This document shows, in pieces, positions 21,467 to 30,202 of a DNA stretch of 64,000 nucleotides; position 1 is the first letter of the stretch, and each line of letters begins with the position of its first letter. Origin of the DNA: an uncultured bacterium. GTDB lineage: Bacteria > Chloroflexota > UBA5177 > JANWHV01. The notes under the pieces are model-generated. The model was not told where the DNA came from, made no database searches, and saw nothing but the letters and a program-made list of their open reading frames with translations. Both the position numbers and the translations under genes were made by a program. The stretch lies in NCBI GenBank assembly GCA_963827235.1, contig CAWHAE010000012.1, forward strand, positions 992,001 to 1,056,000, read 5' to 3'.

Positions 21467-22368
21467 CGGTCGTCCCGCGAGAGCCGGGGATCGAGCGTGT
21501 CGCGCAGCCAATCGCCCATGATGTTGATTCCCAGTGCGCTGAGCATGATGGCAATGCCCGGGAACGTAGCTATCCACCAGGCGCTGCTCAAGTAGACGTG
21601 GCCATCGCTGAGCATACCGCCCCAGGTCGGAGTTTGAGGGCTGATGCCGAGGCCGAGAAAGGTCAGCGCTGCCTCGAACAGAATGTTGATGCTGAGGTTC
21701 AGCGTTACCAGGACGATGACGGATGACGCCACGCCGGGGAGAACGTGCCGAACGAGCACGCGTGGCGCGCTTGCCCCGATGGCCACGGCTGCCAGCACAT
21801 AGCCTTGCTCCCGTGAGCTCAGCACCTGGCTTCGCACCACGCGGGCATAGTCCATCCATCCGCCGAGGGCCAGCACGAGAATCAGGTTCTGGGCACCGGT
21901 GCCAAAGAGCGTGAGCACGACCAGTGCCAGCAGGATCATGGGAAAGGCGAGCTGGATATCGGTCCAGCGCATGATCACCGCGCCGGCGACGCCGCCGAAG
22001 TAACCGGAAATCAGCCCAAGTGTGACTCCCAGCATGCAGGCAATCGACACTGCAAGCAGTGCAATGAGGACCGAGGGACGCGTGCCGAAGACGATCTGCC
22101 TCAGTACGTCGTGACCGATGGCGTCGGTGCCCAACAAGTGGCCGGGGCTGCCGGGGGCGAGGAGGCGTGCGTTGAGATCAATTGCTTGCGGGTCACCGGG
22201 CGTGATGAGCTGCGGCACCGCGATGCACACGATCATCGCAGCCAGAATGACGCCGCCGAAGTACAACCCAAAATTGGTGCGGGACCATAAGCGGCCTCGC
22301 CGAATCGCGATGATCGGCGCGTCGTCGATGCTCGACAGCGCTTGTTTGCTGATCACGGTATGTCCCAA
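21463..22368 (-). CDS. Peptide/nickel ABC permease (DppC/OppC-like)
   Basis: HLLGTDAIGHD, EAA-like loop YVLAAVAIGAS, EAALTFLGLG, PTWG. Start may be GTG 22356. Confidence 0.93.
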   Translation of the reverse strand: MGHTVISKQALSSIDDAPIIAIRRGRLWSRTNFGLYFGGVILAAMIVCIAVPQLITPGDPQAIDLNARLLAPGSPGHLLGTDAIGHDVLRQIVFGTRPSVLIALLAVSIACMLGVTLGLISGYFGGVAGAVIMRWTDIQLAFPMILLALVVLTLFGTGAQNLILVLALGGWMDYARVVRSQVLSSREQGYVLAAVAIGASAPRVLVRHVLPGVASSVIVLVTLNLSINILFEAALTFLGLGISPQTPTWGGMLSDGHVYLSSAWWIATFPGIAIMLSALGINIMGDWLRDTLDPRLSRDDR

Positions 22369-23289
22369 TCAAGAGTACTGGATGCGGGGATCGAGGAAGG
22401 CATAGCTGATATCGACCAGGAGGTTGACAAGGATCAGAAGAGCCGCGAGCACCAGAACGCTGGCCTGCACGAGGGGGAAGTCACCTTGGTTGACCGCCCC
22501 CAACGCCAGCTGGCCAACGCCGGGCCATGAGAAGACCTGCTCGATGATCACGGCTCCGCCGAGCAACGTACCGAACTGGAACCCGAGGTACGTCACCACG
22601 GGAAGCAGGGCGTTCCATACGACATGTTTGCCGAGAACGCGGATTCGGGGAGCGCCCTTGGCGCGGGCTGTACGCACGTAGTCCTCGCGGAGCACCTCGA
22701 GCACGCTGGAGCGGATCAGCCGCGTGGAGATGCCGGCCAGGATGATACCGAGAGTAAGCGCGGGCATGACCAGATACTGGGGTCCTCCGTACCCCGATGG
22801 CGGTAGCCAGTTCAGCCGAACAGCGAATACCAGGATCAGCATGATGCCGAGCCAGAAGTTGGGGAACGACACGCCGACCAGGGCAAACAGCCTGGCGGCG
22901 AAATCCAGACCGGAGTTCCGCCGCGTGGCCGAGAGGATGCCGAGCGGAAATGAGATCAGCAACGAGACGGCCATGGCCGATACCGTGAGCACCAGCGTGG
23001 CAGGCAGATGATCCATCACCAGTTGCAGCGCCGGGCTTTGATAATAGTAGGACGTTCCGAGATCGCCCTGAACGGCCCGGAACAGGAACTTGAGGTACTG
23101 GGCAGGAAGCGGCGTGTCGAGCCCGAGCTGCGCGCGCATCGCCAGGATGTCGGCGCGAGTCGGCGTACCGCCGCGCAGCATGGCCGCGGCCGGATCGCCG
23201 GTCAGATGCAGCGCCACGAACACGATCAGCGAGATGCCCAGAAGGACAAAGATGCTTTGCGCCACACGCCGCAGAATGTAGGCAATCAT
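22369..23289 (-). CDS. Peptide/nickel ABC permease (DppB/OppB-like)
   Basis: GDPA..., LGLD.P...QY, GDLGTS, DYVRTARAKG, EQVFSWPGVG, LDPRI. Confidence 0.95.
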   Translation of the reverse strand: MIAYILRRVAQSIFVLLGISLIVFVALHLTGDPAAAMLRGGTPTRADILAMRAQLGLDTPLPAQYLKFLFRAVQGDLGTSYYYQSPALQLVMDHLPATLVLTVSAMAVSLLISFPLGILSATRRNSGLDFAARLFALVGVSFPNFWLGIMLILVFAVRLNWLPPSGYGGPQYLVMPALTLGIILAGISTRLIRSSVLEVLREDYVRTARAKGAPRIRVLGKHVVWNALLPVVTYLGFQFGTLLGGAVIIEQVFSWPGVGQLALGAVNQGDFPLVQASVLVLAALLILVNLLVDISYAFLDPRIQYS

Positions 23290-23386
23290 CGGACCTCATT
23301 TTCGTTACCGGCGCGGCCGGCCGCACGGGCATCGCATGCGGCCAGCCGCGCTTCAGATGCGCCGGCGGAGAGCGCGCGAGACAAGC

Positions 23387-24970
23387 CTATTTGAGCGACA
23401 TATCGAGCAGCTCGAGGCGATCGTCGGGCGGTGCCACGAAGTTCTCCACGTTGCTGCTGGCCGCCCAGAGATTCACGCTCTGGAATAGCACTACGTTGGG
23501 CGCGTCCTGATACAGGATGGCGTCCAGTTGCTTGTAGAGCGCGAGTCGCTTGCCCTGATCCAGCGTGGACCGCGCATTGTCGAGTAGGCTATCAACCTTG
23601 GGATTCATGTATCCCGGGTTGTAGAACTCGTTGGAGTGGTAGAGCGAGTACGCCGTATTGTCGAAGTCGAGCGTCCATCCGCCCCAGACGAATGACGACA
23701 TGTTGCCGTATTTGCCCTGCGGGATGTCCGTGTTGTAGAGCACGGTCGGCGAGATGGTGTTCAGGGTGACGTTGAGTCCCACCTGCTGGAGCTCAGCCAC
23801 GACAACTTCGGCGATCTGCTTGAAGACCGTGTCTGTACCGTCGATGGTGAAAGTCAGGGTCGCTGTGCCGCTCAGGTGTGCTTGGGCGAGAAGCGCCTTG
23901 GCCTTGGCGGGGTCGTAGGGATACGGTGCCTGGCTGGGGTCGTAGCCGAAGCTGAGCGGGCTTTGCCAGGTGGCTACTTGCTTCCCATAGCCGTTGAGCA
24001 CCGACTTGATGATGCTTGCCGTGTCGATGGCATAGTTGATCGCCTGGCGTACGAGCACGTTGTTCGTGGGACTGATGCGGCCGTTGAGGAAGATGCCCTC
24101 GACGGTAGTGCTGCCCACGGGATAGAGATGCAGACTGCTCGACGAGTTAATCACGCTCGCCTGGCCGATTGCCACCTTCTGCATGATGTCGATGTGGCCG
24201 GTCTGCAACTCGGCAAGCCTCGTCGCATCGTCTGGGATGAAGCGATAGATGACCTTCGCCATCTTGGCCGGCCCGCGCCAGTACTTGTCGAAGCGCACCA
24301 GGTCGACTTCGGAGTTCGGGACGTATTTCGTAACCATGTATGGACCCGTGCCGACGGGATGGCTGCCGAAATAGGTGTCGCCGTGCTTCTTGATGTAGGC
24401 AGGCGGCACGATCATCGCGCCGTAGCCGGCGAGCTTGGTGACGAGCACGGGATCCGGTGACGTCGTGACAAAGTCGACAGTGTATTGGTCGACGACGTTC
24501 ACTTGCTTGATAGTCTTGTACTGGAAGTACTGGGCACCCTTCTGCCCGAGCGGACCCAGCAGCCGGTCGAACGTGTACTTGACCGCGGCGGCATCGAACC
24601 GCTCGCCGTCCTGGAAAGTCACGCCTTTGCGCAGGGTGAATTGAAGCGTGTTCGGGTTCAGGTACTTCCAATCGGTAGCGAGACCGAGGTCCTTATGGAT
24701 CTTGAGATCCGGGCCTCGATAGACGAGGGCGTCGAAGATGTTGGACGCGATCATCCCCCACGCCAGGGTGAACGTGGCGATCGGATCGAAGTTCTGGGGA
24801 TCGCCGTACTGCGAGCCGATGATCAGGGTTGACTTGTCGTGATTGATCGCGGCAGGTCGTGCCGCGTGCACCGAAGCGCTCCAGCTGGCTCCTCGCGAAA
24901 GGACGAGCAAGCTGGATAGAGCGAGGATTGCGATGACTCTGAGTCCCGAGCGTCGACGTGCTGCCTGCAT
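23387..24970 (-). CDS. Peptide ABC substrate-binding protein (family 5)
   Basis: Signal peptide; FTLRKGVTFQDGERFDA.AVKYTFDR, PVGTGPY, VRQAINYAID. Confidence 0.95.
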   Translation of the reverse strand: MQAARRRSGLRVIAILALSSLLVLSRGASWSASVHAARPAAINHDKSTLIIGSQYGDPQNFDPIATFTLAWGMIASNIFDALVYRGPDLKIHKDLGLATDWKYLNPNTLQFTLRKGVTFQDGERFDAAAVKYTFDRLLGPLGQKGAQYFQYKTIKQVNVVDQYTVDFVTTSPDPVLVTKLAGYGAMIVPPAYIKKHGDTYFGSHPVGTGPYMVTKYVPNSEVDLVRFDKYWRGPAKMAKVIYRFIPDDATRLAELQTGHIDIMQKVAIGQASVINSSSSLHLYPVGSTTVEGIFLNGRISPTNNVLVRQAINYAIDTASIIKSVLNGYGKQVATWQSPLSFGYDPSQAPYPYDPAKAKALLAQAHLSGTATLTFTIDGTDTVFKQIAEVVVAELQQVGLNVTLNTISPTVLYNTDIPQGKYGNMSSFVWGGWTLDFDNTAYSLYHSNEFYNPGYMNPKVDSLLDNARSTLDQGKRLALYKQLDAILYQDAPNVVLFQSVNLWAASSNVENFVAPPDDRLELLDMSLK

Positions 24971-26452
24971 TGCCCCCTCCTACATCCAAGCACTGATCTC
25001 AAGCTCGCATATCTTTGCGTCCGTCCGACAACCGATTACCCGCTAACTCATTGGCGTGTCCCTCCGTCGATAGCGATGAGTGCTCCTACCGGCCGCCTAT
25101 GGTGGACGAAGCATGGTGGAAGTGGCAAGGATCCGCTTGCCGCTCAAGAGCGGTGTGGACTATGCGCCGACGCGCACGTGCACGCGCCATCGCCACGAGT
25201 AATCAGGCATCACTGCTTGGGGGAAGCACTTTGTGGGCGCAGGCCATGCGCCGATCGTGACCGTCTTGGCCGCTAGGACCGGTAGATGCCGGCGCCTATC
25301 GTTGCGCCGAGTCGGGCGACAATTGTCCGGCTCCGGCTGCCGCAGCGCGCCGGATCACCTCGACGTTACCGCTCCAGTCAAGGTCTGCTGTCGCGTCCGA
25401 GCGGGTGCTATTCGGTCCCAACCGGCCAAGCCGCGCCGGCCCAGGCTCGGCGCCGCAGGTACGGACCCACACCTGCCCAACAACTTTGGAGTGTGCAGAC
25501 TGTAGCCTCCGCGTTTCCCATGGATACATATATACCATGTTGAGCCCGATGTAACTCTCTAAACTCGTGCCGCGTAGCAACCCGTAGGCCCGGCGTTCAT
25601 GCAGGAACGATAGCAGGAAGGTCCCACCGCGGCTGGCGTCGGGCGCAGGAACCTGAGCCGGCGAGCCCGCAGCGCCGGCAAGAAGGAAGTCTCCGGGTCA
25701 CCCGAGTTTCCCGCCACATTGGTGTCTCGTCAGCCGCCGCCATGGGCACAAGCGTCACCGGCGATCGGGGACAGAAGTCATGGCACTGAGGAGCGCTTCG
25801 ACTCCTGCGATCGTGGGATCGCGCTGCCATAATAGCCACAGTAGAGCAAGCAACTACTTGTCCAACCTCCAGGCCGCGCTAGAGTAGGCCGCAGGGAACG
25901 GACGACAGTAGCGGCCATCAGCTACGCCAATCACCTTTCGTCCATGCTCAGGCGCAGCCCGGCAGTAGAAAGGCCAGATCGATGATCCACCCGTCTTTTC
26001 ATTCTCCCACGGTCGTGCTGGCGCGACTGCGTTCCTGGCTGCCGGGCTGGACAGGGCTTCATCAGTCGCGGCCGCCCGCGCGTCACCTCTGGATCGTGAG
26101 GCCGGAAACGGAGCCTTCGCCGTCAGAGGACCAAGTACATGAGCCGCAAGAAAGGAGAGCTCGCACGGGTGGTCGGCGGCCACCTGCGTGAGTGCTTCGT
26201 TCGCGACCTGCTGGTAGCCGGCCGGGCGGCGTGTCGCGAAGCGGCGATCTGCCTTCTGCCAGCGCCGCCGACGGAAGCGCGCGGTGCGGCAAGTATCTGG
26301 TCCGCGGCACGTCGGCCGAGGCCTTGCAGCGGTAAGTCGGCGGCTGGACGGGCGGGTCGCGACCGAGCCGGTCAAGATGCCGCGTCCAGCCGCGCAAGTC
26401 GGCGCGAGGTCGTTCCAGGTCCGGTAGGCGACGGGCGTCCTGCTATAGCTCT

Positions 26453-27151
26453 TCAGGTAAACAACCCCACACCTGTGGGGAATTCTACTCTGGTGCTGCC
26501 AGTCCGAAACTCGGAATCATTATCTGACGACCTATAGCGATTCCCAGCCACTTCGAAGCGGCGGTTGACCTCTATCCAGTTGACCGCATTCCACCAGGCT
26601 GCGATGTAGTCCGGACGCCGGTTCTGGTACTGCAGGTAGTACGCGTGTTCCCACACGTCTAGCGTCAGCAGGGGCGTGCGTCCCTCGGAGAGAGGCGTGT
26701 CCTGATTCGCCGTCGCTTCCACCAGGAGGGTGCCCGTGTCGTCCAAGCTGAGCCAGGCCCAGCCGCTGCCGAAGCGCGCAGACGCGGCTTTGCTCAGCCG
26801 CTCCTTGAAAGCCTCGAAGCCGCCGAAGTCCCGGGCGACGGCCCGTGCGAGCGAACCACCTGCCTCGCCACCACCGTTCGGCCCCATTATCTGCCAGTAC
26901 AGAGAGTGATTGGCATGCCCTCCGCCATTGTTTTGGACAGCGGTCCGGATCGACTCGGGCACGCGGTCGAGGTGCGCGAGCAGGTCCTCGACGGGAAGGG
27001 CTGCCAGATCGTCGTGGCCTTCGAGCGCGGCGTTCAGGTTGTTTACATATGTCTGGTGATGCTTGTCATGGTGGAAGTGCAGCGTCCGCTCGTCGATGTA
27101 GGGTTCGAGGGCACCATATTCGTACGGCAGGGGTGCCAGGCTATAGCTCAT
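26453..27151 (-). CDS. sodA: Superoxide dismutase, Mn-type
   Basis: [33 protein letters not shown]. About 30 aa of atypical C-terminal extension. Confidence 0.96.
   Translation of the reverse strand: MSYSLAPLPYEYGALEPYIDERTLHFHHDKHHQTYVNNLNAALEGHDDLAALPVEDLLAHLDRVPESIRTAVQNNGGGHANHSLYWQIMGPNGGGEAGGSLARAVARDFGGFEAFKERLSKAASARFGSGWAWLSLDDTGTLLVEATANQDTPLSEGRTPLLTLDVWEHAYYLQYQNRRPDYIAAWWNAVNWIEVNRRFEVAGNRYRSSDNDSEFRTGSTRVEFPTGVGLFT
26456..26485 (-). terminator. Terminator-like hairpin inside the extended sod ORF tail
   Basis: Minus strand reads CCCCAC-AGGT-GTGGGG followed by TTGTTT. Confidence 0.4.
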
Positions 27152-27714
27152 CCGTGCAGTCTCCTTTTCCTCGCAGGCACTATCACTCTCACACGCATCG
27201 TGTGAGACGGGTCGCTGATGGTCCCTGCATCGGACACGGGCGGCGTACGCGGTGCCGGACGGATGACCATTGCTCCGAATATGTGTGCCAGCGACGCCGT
27301 CTCAGTCGGCCGGGAGCGACCGACTGCCGTCTGCCCCGAGGTACCGCCACTGCTGTCCAGTGCACAGAGCCACCGACAACATACATCCATTTCACAGGGA
27401 GAGGGAGGGGGACATGACGTGGCGCGCGGCAGCAGACATCCCCGGGCGGGTCGGCGGCAACGATGGTCAAGGTGACAATGCCGTCCTGCAGGCCGCCATC
27501 CGCGGTGCCGATAATGCCGCGCTGCTCACCACACAGACCTCGCTGGTGTTCTCCGCCGATCGCTGCCATCCGGATGGCAGCAAATGCCGCACCGAGCTGC
27601 TGCCGAGGAGCATATCCAAGCAGCTGCCCGCGGGAGCGCGCAGCATCGTCGTCGATATGCACGGTGTGCAGGGTTCCACCAACCGTGCCCCGGACTTATC
27701 CGGGGAACGGCGAC

Positions 27715-28119
27715 TCAGGCGATTTGCCGGCCCGCGGCCGGCCCGGCCGACTGGTCGTAGATGGCCTCGACGGCGATCTTCACAACGTACTTCGGCGCCG
27801 GCAGCGCGGGCATCTTCTGCCGCAGCTCCTCGGACACCTGGTCGTAGAGCGGACCGGACACGATGAGCTCTGCCATGCCCTTGATCTGGAAGCCGGCGTT
27901 CGTGGCCGGATCAATCACCGTCACCGCCACCTTGGGGTTTTGCTCCAGATTCTGCCGCGTCTTGAGCGAGAACAGGTCGGCGAAGAGGAGGTGCTGATCG
28001 TCGAGCTCGCGCAACGACCCCTTCGGCGTCGTGTTGGGGGTGCCATCGGCGGCCGCCGTGGCCACCCAGGCCAGCTTTCCGGGCAGGAAGTCCCGGACCT
28101 GAGGCGGGATCGTGACCAT
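27715..28119 (-). CDS. Pyridoxamine 5'-phosphate oxidase-like FMN-binding protein
   Basis: WVATAAADGTPN..PKGS, KTRQNL..NPKVAV, FQIKG.A; GGAGAAAGGA RBS. Confidence 0.88.
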   Translation of the reverse strand: MVTIPPQVRDFLPGKLAWVATAAADGTPNTTPKGSLRELDDQHLLFADLFSLKTRQNLEQNPKVAVTVIDPATNAGFQIKGMAELIVSGPLYDQVSEELRQKMPALPAPKYVVKIAVEAIYDQSAGPAAGRQIA

Positions 28120-28353
28120 GATCGAAGTCCTTTCTCCGGACGCGGCTGTGCCGTCCGTCACCGTCACTCTACTGCTCCCGCGGGGCCCTGTCCACTGCTC
28201 GGCGGGCCACGCAGGCAACGCCCGGCCGGGTCTTTGACCCGCACGTACCCGGCTGCGGTGCCGATCGGGAGGCACTCGACATAACGTGGTAGGATTGATC
28301 CGGCGTCTCGAGAGAACATTTGAGACGGGTAGGGCACCGGTGCGAGGTGCGCC

Positions 28354-28596
28354 GTGTGGGTAGCACCGCGCCGGAGTCCGCGGAACGATCTACCTCCGCC
28401 TCCACCGCCCCGCCCCGCCCACGTTCTCGTTCGACAGCGACGGCGGCGTACAGGTGGTTTGCACGATGATGCTTCCGCCATCGACCTCGACCGGGACCGG
28501 CGCCCACGGGCGTCTACCGATATTCGATATCAGCGTGTCCGTGACGAGATAGACGCTCGCTGGAGCAATCACTGGTCCCTGGACGATATGCTGTAA
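28354..28596 (+). CDS. Possible small hypothetical protein
   Basis: GAGG 6 nt before GTG; fills the gap before the UroD-like gene. No recognised motif. Confidence 0.3.
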   Translation: MWVAPRRSPRNDLPPPPPPRPAHVLVRQRRRRTGGLHDDASAIDLDRDRRPRASTDIRYQRVRDEIDARWSNHWSLDDML

Positions 28597-28642
28597 CCTC
28601 CACTGCAGACAACTACTCTGCGAGAAGATAAGGCTGTGTACG

Positions 28643-29701
28643 ATGCCCCATGAGACGATGACGCCGCGCGAGCGCTGGCTCGCCGTATTGCGCCACGAGA
28701 AACCCGACCGCGTGCCCATGGACTACTGGAGCACGCCGGAATTCGAGCAGAAGCTGCTCCGGCACCTGCAATGCAGTGATGCGCGCACCATGCTCAAGAC
28801 CCTGCACGTAGACTGTCCAGTAACCGTGGCGCCGCGCTACGCCGGACCGCCGCTTGAACCCGGCACCGACGTCTACGGCATCCGCTACACCGACGTCAAC
28901 TACGGCGATGGATCGTACGCGGAAGCGACAGTGCCGCCGCTCGCCGGGTACGCCGCCGTGGAAGAGATCGAGGCAGGCTACCGCTGGCCGAGCGCCGACT
29001 GGTGGGAGTACGGCGACCTGGCTCAGCAGCTGGTGGGGTTTGAGGAGTATCCCGTGCGAGGCGGCGGATCCGAGCCGTTCTTGACCTACGCCGAGCTGCG
29101 TGGGCGCGAGCAGGCTTATCTCGATCTTGTGGAGAACCCCGACATCGTCGAGTACTGCCTGGGCAAGCTGTTCGACCTCGCCTACCAGAACACCCAGCGC
29201 ATCCTGGAGACGCTGCCGGGCAAGGTCACGATCTGCTACGTGGCGGAAGATCTGGGCGGGCAGACGAACCTGCTCTACTCGCCAGCGCACATCCGCAGGT
29301 ACCTGTTCCCGGGCATGAAACGGATGATCGATCTCGCGCACCAGGCCGGAGCCTATGTCTTCCATCACGACGACGGCAACATCACACGCATATTGCCGGA
29401 GCTCATCGATCTCGGCATCGACATCCTGAACCCGGTCCAGTGGCGTGCCGCGGGCATGGAGCGCCGGTCGCTCAAGTCGAAGTACGGGAGCCGCATCGCC
29501 TTCCACGGCGCAGTGGACAACCAGTACACACTGCCCTTCGGCTCGGTCGACGAGGTCCGCGAGGAGGTGCGAGACAACTTGCGCGTGCTGGGCGACGGGG
29601 GCGGCTACATCCTGGCCCCATGCCACAACCTACAGGTAGTCTCCCCGGTGGAAAACGTGGTGGAGATGTACGCGGTAGGTTACGCCGAGGGCTGGTATTA
29701 G
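28643..29701 (+). CDS. Uroporphyrinogen decarboxylase-like family protein (UroD/MtaA fold)
   Basis: MTPRER...KPDRVP, EDLGGQ, FHHDDG, DILNPVQ, FHGAVD.Q..LPFG, GGGYILAPCH. Confidence 0.88.
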   Translation: MPHETMTPRERWLAVLRHEKPDRVPMDYWSTPEFEQKLLRHLQCSDARTMLKTLHVDCPVTVAPRYAGPPLEPGTDVYGIRYTDVNYGDGSYAEATVPPLAGYAAVEEIEAGYRWPSADWWEYGDLAQQLVGFEEYPVRGGGSEPFLTYAELRGREQAYLDLVENPDIVEYCLGKLFDLAYQNTQRILETLPGKVTICYVAEDLGGQTNLLYSPAHIRRYLFPGMKRMIDLAHQAGAYVFHHDDGNITRILPELIDLGIDILNPVQWRAAGMERRSLKSKYGSRIAFHGAVDNQYTLPFGSVDEVREEVRDNLRVLGDGGGYILAPCHNLQVVSPVENVVEMYAVGYAEGWY

Positions 29702-30202
29702 CCGCTCCAGGTCGACACCTTTGCCGCGGTGGCTCCCGATCTGGTCGTCGAGACCGCATCTCGAGCGCAGCACCGGCCGGCGATGCACGCCAGGGCGCGC
29801 TCTGGGCGGAGGGTCGTGCGCGGATGCCGTGAGTGATCCGGCCGCGCCGGCGCGCAAGCGCCGTCTGGCTGCGGGCAAGTCATGAGCCACGGGCGACTCT
29901 GAGCGCCGGCGATGCGATAGGCGTCGAGGGCGTAGAGCCCGGCTTCGGCTTTCCGCTATCCAGGCTGCTCCACTGACGGCGACCCCTGACTTTCGCCCGA
30001 TGACGAGCCGTGCTACCCTGCACACCGGCAGCGTGCGTAGCTGCTCGCCGGCCCAGGTGCCGGTACAGTGAATGTGACGTCGGACCGAAGGTGGCAGAGG
30101 CGTGGCGTGCCGTTTCCGCGTGGAGAAGGTACCCGAGCAGCGAGTCGCGGTGTCACGCTACGCCCACGAGATATTCGCAGCAGTTTGCGGGAGGCACCGA
30201 GT

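Noticed and set aside
21467-21859. N-terminal 131 aa of the 1430-aa ORF
   Set aside because: Alternate-frame overlap with the permease; the real start is at the ATGA overlap (21466).
26456-26485. CRISPR array
   Set aside because: Single repeat-like unit, no neighbouring copies and no cas genes in the window.
27152-27410. Mn-sensing (yybP-ykoY) riboswitch upstream of sodA
   Set aside because: I could not identify the conserved motif by eye.
27414-27866. ORF with strong purine-rich RBS
   Set aside because: No recognisable motif and ~150-bp antisense overlap with the PNPOx-like gene; possibly a gene remnant, not supportable.
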